Shown here piece after piece: positions 6,820 to 12,995 of a stretch of DNA of 12,995 nt. Made by a program: the position numbers and the translations under genes. Within the stretch, counting starts at the first letter, position 1; every line of letters begins with the position of its first letter. Below the pieces are notes generated by a model. That model saw only the letters and a program-made list of their open reading frames with translations. It had not been told where the DNA came from and did not search any database. The DNA is from Candidatus Thorarchaeota archaeon (GTDB lineage Archaea; Asgardarchaeota; Thorarchaeia; Thorarchaeales; Thorarchaeaceae): assembly GCA_003345595.1 (NCBI GenBank), contig PRDI01000083.1:1-12995 (forward strand). Direction: 5' to 3'.

Positions 6820-8052
6820 GTGCTCAAAGCAACAGTAGACCAGGTCCGGAGGTTCGTGCTGCAAAGACAGGGGCTCAGGACCACCAGACCTATGAAGTCA
6901 GTTCCCGAAGTGGCCCGCAGGATACATAATATCCAGATTGACACGATTTCAGTCGTCGCTCGAAGTCACGATCTTATTGTCTACAATCGTCTAGGGAGGT
7001 ATAAGACAGGCCGAGTCTGGGATTGGCTGAAGAGAGGCCGCCTCTTTGAGTACTGGTCTCATGCGATGTGCCTTCTCCCGATTGAAACCTACTCATACTA
7101 CGCCTGGACCATGAAGGATACGCCCAAGGCCGTGTGGAGCACCATACACGAGTGGGCATCAAACCATAAGGATGCTATTGATGCTGTGTACTCCAAGGTC
7201 AAGGCAGACGGGCCGACATCAACCTCGGACTTCGAAAAGAGCGACAAACGACGCGGCACCTGGTGGGACTGGAGTACTGAAAAGACCGCTCTTGAGTATC
7301 TGTTTTATGTCGGCCGTCTAATGATATGTCATAGAGAGAACTTCCAGAGATTCTATGACCTCACGGAAAGAGTCCTGCCGAAAGACGTGGCCCCAGAACC
7401 AATGCCAGAGCAAGAGGTGCCTCTCTTCGTGGTTAGCACGGTCTTGTCTTCTTTGGGGGTTGCAGGTGCAGAAGACATTCGGCTCTATCTGGGAAGGTTC
7501 CCGTGCAGAGCATTGTGGAAGGGCAAGAAGAGTGAAATCGAAAAGTATCTCGACGAATTGCAGCGTGAAGGCGTCGTAGATGACCTGGCTCTTGAAGGAA
7601 TCAAGGGCCGGTTCTTTGTGCTGACAAAGGACACCAGAGAAATGGAGAAGTGCGCAGAACCCGGAACCGATAACGTGCCGGTCAAGCTTCTCAGTCCATT
7701 CGACAACGTTGTTCGAGAGCGGCACCTACCAAGGACGCTCTGGGGCTTTGACTACGCAATGGAGAGCTACACGCCGCCCGAAAAAAGGGTCTATGGTTAC
7801 TACGTACTCCCGATTCTTGATGGCTACAGACTTGTGGGAAGAACAGACGTGAAGGTATATCGTGAGGAGGGCGTTCTGGAACTCAAGTCCATATACCTAG
7901 ATCCCGATGTTGCCAATCAGAGAGAGTTCCAAGACAGGCTGACAGCCGGCGTCCGGGCTTTCTCAGAGTTTCATGAGTGTGTTCGGGTCCGGACGGGTAA
8001 GGTCGTGCCAAAGAGAGAAACGAAGGCTATCGAGAGGGTGTTGACTCTATAA
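6820..8052 (+). CDS. ycaQ: YcaQ-like (AlkZ/YcaQ, HTH_42) DNA interstrand-crosslink repair glycosylase
   Basis: IQIDTISVVARSH (QxD catalytic motif), LFEYWSH, WWDW, YDLTERVLP, LLSPFDN and KRVYGYYVLPIL; 410 aa; GTG start just after an in-frame TGA. Confidence 0.88.
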   Translation: MLKATVDQVRRFVLQRQGLRTTRPMKSVPEVARRIHNIQIDTISVVARSHDLIVYNRLGRYKTGRVWDWLKRGRLFEYWSHAMCLLPIETYSYYAWTMKDTPKAVWSTIHEWASNHKDAIDAVYSKVKADGPTSTSDFEKSDKRRGTWWDWSTEKTALEYLFYVGRLMICHRENFQRFYDLTERVLPKDVAPEPMPEQEVPLFVVSTVLSSLGVAGAEDIRLYLGRFPCRALWKGKKSEIEKYLDELQREGVVDDLALEGIKGRFFVLTKDTREMEKCAEPGTDNVPVKLLSPFDNVVRERHLPRTLWGFDYAMESYTPPEKRVYGYYVLPILDGYRLVGRTDVKVYREEGVLELKSIYLDPDVANQREFQDRLTAGVRAFSEFHECVRVRTGKVVPKRETKAIERVLTL

Positions 8053-8190
8053 CACTAACAACCACCATGGACCTCTTCTCTTGGTTGCGTCACGCCCTTA
8101 TGTGTGATAACGTCTATAAGGAAACACACGAATTGTGATTCCAGAAACGACATTGGTCGTAGGCCGGTGAGAGAGGAGATCTAGGAACAG

Positions 8191-8646
8191 GTGTCAAGTT
8201 CGGTTTCTGCGGGTCGGGCCTTGGTGGCAGGGTTCCTGTTGATCTGGATTATTAGTACTGTTGGCGTGGGATTTCTTTTCATTGACTTCGCCAAATCGTG
8301 GCCGGACTGGGCGCCGGGACCATCGCCATCTTTGTTTGTCTGGGTCCCGTTTGTAATGGCTGGCTTTGGCGTCTTGGTACTCGTTATGTCTGTTGCATCA
8401 TGGCTGCGGCCATCTAGCAAGCCCTCACAGGATCTGTCTATCGTGACAGGCGCTTACGACGATACCTTTTCTTCCGGCACCGTGGTATCCGGATACCGCG
8501 CGCCGTCAGCATCCCACAAGATTCCACCCTTCTGCAGCCAGTGCGGCTCGCCATTGGACTCTGAACAGGTGCAATGGGTTGGGCCTTTACATTTCACTTG
8601 TCCATTCTGTGGGAAAGTCAATCAAAGCGAGGAGAGGCACATCTAA
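8191..8646 (+). CDS. Hypothetical membrane protein: two TM helices plus a C-terminal C4 zinc ribbon
   Basis: Two hydrophobic stretches, then CSQCG...CPFCG. Purine-rich GAGGAG upstream of the GTG start. Confidence 0.75.
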   Translation: MSSSVSAGRALVAGFLLIWIISTVGVGFLFIDFAKSWPDWAPGPSPSLFVWVPFVMAGFGVLVLVMSVASWLRPSSKPSQDLSIVTGAYDDTFSSGTVVSGYRAPSASHKIPPFCSQCGSPLDSEQVQWVGPLHFTCPFCGKVNQSEERHI

Positions 8647-8821
8647 CCTCACGGAGGAAGACCAACGCGATCGAGAAGGTACGGACTCTGTGACAGATAC
8701 ATTTGTGGATCTTACTCGTGAAAAATGGACAGATGACATTCATAAGAGCGAATACGCTCCTCTCCATCAGGAACGTGCGTTCTGACGGTGCGTCCCGAAC
8801 AACTACGTAGAGTCGGTCGAC

Positions 8822-9796
8822 ATGAGTCGTGCCACAGCTACATGCAAGTCTGTAGTTGATGCAATCGGCAACACGCCGCTTGTGAATCTCAGCAGACTTG
8901 TTACAAACACAGAAGGAGTACAAGGCCGCGTCTTGGCCAAGCTCGAATTCCTGAATCCTGGCTACTCCAAGAAGGATCGAATCGCTCTCCAGATAGTCGA
9001 AGATGCAGAGGCCTCTGGAACCCTGAAGCCGGGACAGACTGTGGTTGAACTGACAAGCGGCAACACGGGGACGGGACTGGCAATAGTATGCGCAGTCAAG
9101 CGACACCCCTTCGTCGCCGTGATGAGCAAGGGTAATTCACCTGAGAGAGCCAGAATGATGAGAGCCCTTGGCGCAAGTGTGGTTCTTGTTGACCAAGCGC
9201 CGGGCGCGCCGCCGGGTCAGGTATCAGGAGAATCATTGGCTCTCGTTGAGAAGGAGACCGTGAAACTCACACGAGAGCTCGGCGCCTTCCGCGCGGACCA
9301 GTTCCATCTTGAAGGAAACTGGAGAGCACACTACTTACACACAGGCAAGGAAATCATCCGACAGGTAGGAGGAAAGATTGACGCTTTCTGCGACTTCGTG
9401 GGATCAAGTGGCAGCTACGTGGGGGTTTCCAAGGCTCTTAAGGAGCACAATCCTGACACATTGTGCTATGTCGTGGAGCCTGACTCTGCGGCGGTCCTCG
9501 CTGGACACGAGGTCACAAACCCCAATCACAAGATACAGGGCGGCGGATATTCTATTACGGACCTGCAGTTTCTCGCCCGAGTTCGCGTGGACGGCTATGT
9601 ACAAGTCACGAACGAAGAGGCGGTCAGGGCCGCTCGAAGACTCGCAGCAGAAGAAGGCCTTTTCGCAGGCTTCTCCTCTGGGGCAAACGTCGCAGCAGCG
9701 CTCAAGCTTCTATCGGGAGAACTAAGCCGGAAGACGATCGTGGTCCTTCTATGTGACAGCGGGCTGAAGTACATGAGCACCGACCTCTGGGCGTGA
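8822..9796 (+). CDS. cysK: PLP-dependent cysteine synthase family protein (fold type II) with atypical motifs
   Basis: IGNTPLV, KLEFLNPGYSKKDR (PLP lysine), TSGNTG, HKIQG, EEGLFAGFSSGAN and DSGLKYMST. Family is secure, exact substrate is not. Confidence 0.85.
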   Translation: MSRATATCKSVVDAIGNTPLVNLSRLVTNTEGVQGRVLAKLEFLNPGYSKKDRIALQIVEDAEASGTLKPGQTVVELTSGNTGTGLAIVCAVKRHPFVAVMSKGNSPERARMMRALGASVVLVDQAPGAPPGQVSGESLALVEKETVKLTRELGAFRADQFHLEGNWRAHYLHTGKEIIRQVGGKIDAFCDFVGSSGSYVGVSKALKEHNPDTLCYVVEPDSAAVLAGHEVTNPNHKIQGGGYSITDLQFLARVRVDGYVQVTNEEAVRAARRLAAEEGLFAGFSSGANVAAALKLLSGELSRKTIVVLLCDSGLKYMSTDLWA

Positions 9797-9966
9797 GGGC
9801 CGTCGGAAAGTCGGTAGGCTTATCTCTGCCTCTGCATACTCGGCTTCAGCAGATAGGCCGCGCCTAGGGAGGAAAAGGTGTCCATTGGGCAAGATATATG
9901 ACCTCGAAACAGACGGCCTACAGAGCCATTGTGCCATGAATCACCATCGGGGTTGATTTGTGAGAA

Positions 9967-10551
9967 ATGAAGGACCAAGATGATGGAAGCAGGATCCTGA
10001 AGGCCGTATTGATAGGCGATGGAAGAGTCGGCAAGACAAGCATGAGGCGCAACTACCTTGGTGATGACTTCATTGAGGGTCATATCGCCACGATTGGAGT
10101 GGATCTCGCAACAAAGAGAATCCTTTTCGAAAAGGAGATTGTGAAATTCATCATCTGGGACTTGGCTGGACAGCCCACATTTGAGAAGGTAAGAGGACAC
10201 TACTATCGAGGCTGCAATGGCATCATCCTCGTGTATTCGGTGATCGATAGGGACTCCTTCCAGAATGCTTCCAAATGGCTCGTCGAAGCATATAGAAACA
10301 TGGGAGTATTGCCCCCCACTGTTATCGTAGGAAACAAGATCGACCTCAGAGACGCCGTGCCATCTTCACAGAGGGTGACCACAGAGGAAGGTCAGAAGTT
10401 CAAGGAGTATTTCGAAGCGAAGCTAAACATACCGGCGTACTTCATCGAAACCTCCGCAAAGACTGGTGAAAACATTCAGACAACCTTCACAGAACTGCTT
10501 CGGATGATGAAGCAGGCCGATACCGAAGAACCTGGCCACTTCGTGCGCTAG
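9967..10551 (+). CDS. Rab-like Ras-superfamily small GTPase
   Basis: G1 GDGRVGKTS, G2 ATIGVD, G3 WDLAGQ, G4 GNKID, G5 ETSAK; Rab-type segments IGVDL, KFIIW, YYRGC and LVYSV. No C-terminal Cys. Confidence 0.93.
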   Translation: MKDQDDGSRILKAVLIGDGRVGKTSMRRNYLGDDFIEGHIATIGVDLATKRILFEKEIVKFIIWDLAGQPTFEKVRGHYYRGCNGIILVYSVIDRDSFQNASKWLVEAYRNMGVLPPTVIVGNKIDLRDAVPSSQRVTTEEGQKFKEYFEAKLNIPAYFIETSAKTGENIQTTFTELLRMMKQADTEEPGHFVR

Positions 10552-10602
10552 CCGCAGACTCCTCGGATTGGTGTTCGCATCCACTGTGGTGTGCGACCGA
10601 CC

Positions 10603-10649
10603 GAAATCATTATTAGCCTTCTTCAGGACACCTGTTTAACGATAGTTAA
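10603..10649 (+). promoter_or_regulatory. Candidate copA promoter: BRE/TATA-like GAAATCATTATTA plus palindrome TTAAC-N4-GTTAA
   Basis: TTATTA at 10610-10615. The inverted repeat at 10636-10640 / 10645-10649 falls near the expected transcription start. AGGTGA RBS at 10676-10681. Confidence 0.45.
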
Positions 10650-10688
10650 TGAATGTAAGCATCAGTCCTGTCGGTAGGTGAAGTAGCC

Positions 10689-12995
10689 ATGAGCGAAGGA
10701 GCCCAAGTGGAAGCAAGAAAGGAACGGCTTTCGATAAACATCGAAGGCATGCATTGCGCATCTTGTGTAGCAACGATTGAGAAGGCCCTATCGAAAAAGG
10801 ACGGGGTCATTAGTGTCAGCGTAAGTCTTCTCGATGAGAAAGCAGTCGTGGAATACGAGCGAAGCAGAGTCGACAGACTGGCGCTCGAACAAGCAGTGGA
10901 GTCCGTAGGCTACAGAGCCAGAAGAGCTTCAATCACGATGACTCTAAACCCACATCCCGATGAAGCGAAGATGAGCCAATTGCCTGGGCAGCTGAAGCAA
11001 ACACAGGGTGTGATAGAGGCCAAGTCGTTTCCCACTTCTGGGAAGATTTTGGTTGAGTATGACGAGGACCTTGCGACACCAAAGACACTGCGAAGGGCGG
11101 TCAAGAACCTCGGTTATGAGGCCGATCTAGGTGCTGCAGCTCGGACAGATAGAGAGTCTTTGGCCAGAGAGAAGGAGATCAGATACTACTCGACGCTCTT
11201 GGCGATGGCTGTCATACTGACTGTACCAGTCATGCTCATGACATTGGGCTTCCTGACACAACTGCTGCCTGCTGGTGTTTCACCGGAGGTCGCCATGTTC
11301 TTGTTGACGACTCCAGTCCAATTCATTTCCGGATACCCCTTCTACAAGTCCAGTTTCAGAGGCCTGAAGCATGGCAAGACAAACATGGACACGCTCATCA
11401 TGCTCGGCACGAGTGCAGCATACTTCTACTCTGTCGCAGCCACATTCTTCCTTCAGGGATATGTGGCCTTCTATGACACGGCTGCAGCGCTAGTCACATT
11501 TATCCTTCTAGGGCGCACATTGGAGGCCCTCGCCAAGGGTAGGACCTCTCGAGCAATCCGGAGCCTGATGAGTCTGCAGGCCCAAGTCGCTGTAGTGGAA
11601 CGTAATGGACAGGAGATGACCATCCCAGCAGAGGATGTTGAAGTCGGCGACATAGTCCTCGTAAAGCCGGGTGACAAGGTCGCAGTTGATGGTGAAGTTG
11701 TTGATGGTGAATCCAGCGTCGACGAATCCATGATCACAGGCGAGTCAATGCCGGTGAGCAAGAGGATTGGACAATCGGTCGTGGGGGGCACTCTGAACAA
11801 GGCTGGAGTGCTCAGGGTTCGTGCCACGAAGGTTGGAGAGAACAGCGTGCTGTCGCAGATTGTGAAACTGGTTGAGGAAGCCCAGACGCAGAAGCCTGCC
11901 ATCCAGCGAAGAGCGGATGCAATTGCAGAGGTCTTCGTCCCGGTAGTGTTGGTCCTAGCAGCTGCAACTTTCATCATATGGGGAGTTGTTGTGAATGCGC
12001 CTTGGGATCGTGCTCTAAGCTTCACGATTGCCGTGCTGGTCGCCGCGTGTCCTTGCGCTCTTGGACTTGCCACGCCGACAGCGGTAATGGTTGGTATAGG
12101 CAGGGGAGCCAAGCAAGGAATCCTGTTCAGGACCGGTGCGGGTCTCGAAGTCATACCTAAGGTCGACACAATCGTCTTCGACAAGACAGGGACTCTAACA
12201 ATCGGAAGGCCTGCTGTGACGGATTTAGTACCGGCGTCGGGTGTCGCCGTCGAAGAGGCAATTCGCATAGCGGCTTCTGTTGAGAAGAACAGCGAGCACC
12301 CTCTAGCCGAGGCGGTGGTTCGTCATGCTGAGGACAATGGCATCGAACTTGAAAGGGTAGAGGAGTTCGTGTCTGAGTCAGGCCTGGGAGTTCGCGCCAA
12401 GCTGCACGGGTTCAACGTGCTTGTTGGCAGTGACCGTTACATGATTGAGAACTCGATTGACCTTGGCGAGATATGTGGCCATCAGGCAGCTCTCCAAGAC
12501 CAAGGCAAGACCGTCGTGTACGTTGCGAAAGACGGACACGCTTTGGCAATGTTGGGAATCGCGGACGATGCGAAGCCCACATCCGCCCAGGCAATCCAGA
12601 CACTGAAGGATCTTGGACTCGATGTCTGGATGATAACAGGTGACAAGGAGAAGACTGCCCGGGCAATTGCCAACAAAATGGGGATAGACAACTTCATGGC
12701 GGAGGTACTGCCCGCTGATAAAGCGAACAGAGTAAAGGCCCTGCAGGACGAGGGCCGAGTTGTCGCAATGACTGGAGATGGTGTGAATGATGCACCTGCG
12801 CTGGCTCAGGCTGACGTCGGTATTGCCCTTGGGTCTGGAACAGATGTCGCGGTCGAAACTGGCGACATTGTCTTGGTGAAGAACGACCTACTTGACGTGG
12901 TGTCAGCAATTGAGCTCGGCCGAAAGACAATGAGCAAGATCAAGCAGGGCTTCTTCTGGGCAATGATATACAACCTCGCCCTAGTTCCAGTGGCT
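10689..12995 (+). CDS. copA: Copper(I)-translocating P1B-1 ATPase, 3'-truncated by the window edge
   Basis: Translated by hand from ATG 10689: HMA GMHCASC, NMDTL, SMITGES, ACPCALGLATP, FDKTGTLT, SEHPL, ITGD, TGDGVNDAPALA and the TM YN motif (MIYN) typical of Cu(I) pumps. The frame at the window end matches the start. Confidence 0.96.
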   Translation, partial: MSEGAQVEARKERLSINIEGMHCASCVATIEKALSKKDGVISVSVSLLDEKAVVEYERSRVDRLALEQAVESVGYRARRASITMTLNPHPDEAKMSQLPGQLKQTQGVIEAKSFPTSGKILVEYDEDLATPKTLRRAVKNLGYEADLGAAARTDRESLAREKEIRYYSTLLAMAVILTVPVMLMTLGFLTQLLPAGVSPEVAMFLLTTPVQFISGYPFYKSSFRGLKHGKTNMDTLIMLGTSAAYFYSVAATFFLQGYVAFYDTAAALVTFILLGRTLEALAKGRTSRAIRSLMSLQAQVAVVERNGQEMTIPAEDVEVGDIVLVKPGDKVAVDGEVVDGESSVDESMITGESMPVSKRIGQSVVGGTLNKAGVLRVRATKVGENSVLSQIVKLVEEAQTQKPAIQRRADAIAEVFVPVVLVLAAATFIIWGVVVNAPWDRALSFTIAVLVAACPCALGLATPTAVMVGIGRGAKQGILFRTGAGLEVIPKVDTIVFDKTGTLTIGRPAVTDLVPASGVAVEEAIRIAASVEKNSEHPLAEAVVRHAEDNGIELERVEEFVSESGLGVRAKLHGFNVLVGSDRYMIENSIDLGEICGHQAALQDQGKTVVYVAKDGHALAMLGIADDAKPTSAQAIQTLKDLGLDVWMITGDKEKTARAIANKMGIDNFMAEVLPADKANRVKALQDEGRVVAMTGDGVNDAPALAQADVGIALGSGTDVAVETGDIVLVKNDLLDVVSAIELGRKTMSKIKQGFFWAMIYNLALVPVA

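Noticed and set aside
9797-9919. Type III hammerhead or SECIS reading of the cysK-GTPase spacer
   Set aside because: The core reads CTAGGGA rather than CTGANGA and stem I does not pair; no AUGA/GA quartet flanks a suitable helix.
9820-10200. 126-aa minus-strand ORF
   Set aside because: Antisense shadow of the clearly supported GTPase gene.
11471-12930. Minus-strand ORFs of 265, 84, 71 and 78 aa
   Set aside because: Antisense shadows of copA, which the ORF track missed only because its stop lies outside the window.
1-12995. CRISPR array, transposase/integrase, terminal inverted repeats or defence island
   Set aside because: No regularly spaced repeat-spacer units and no mobile-element or defence motifs; the direct repeats found have only 2-3 short degenerate copies.

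Overview
Gene-dense prokaryotic window, most likely from an Asgard archaeon (Thorarchaeota-like). This placement is an inference from a stand-alone Rab-like GTPase, an archaeal-type soluble PAS histidine kinase, TATA-like promoters and GAGGTG/AGGTGA ribosome-binding sites. Genes from left to right: possible 3' end of an unknown gene; HtrA/DegP protease (-); DUF362 protein (+); three-PAS histidine kinase (-); MaoC-like hydratase (+); tandem SRPBCC/AHSA1 protein (+); CTP-dependent polyprenol/diacylglycerol kinase-like membrane protein (-); YcaQ-type DNA crosslink glycosylase (+); two-TM zinc-ribbon protein (+); atypical cysteine-synthase-family enzyme (+); Rab-like small GTPase (+); and a Cu(I) P1B-ATPase CopA (+) that runs off the right edge and is missing from the ORF track. 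I found no rRNA, tRNA, CRISPR array or mobile element. The best leads are the Rab-like GTPase beside copA, a possible lipid-handling trio (MaoC / double SRPBCC / polyprenol kinase), non-canonical motifs in several enzymes, and several short intergenic repeats. None is proven to be a new system from sequence alone.
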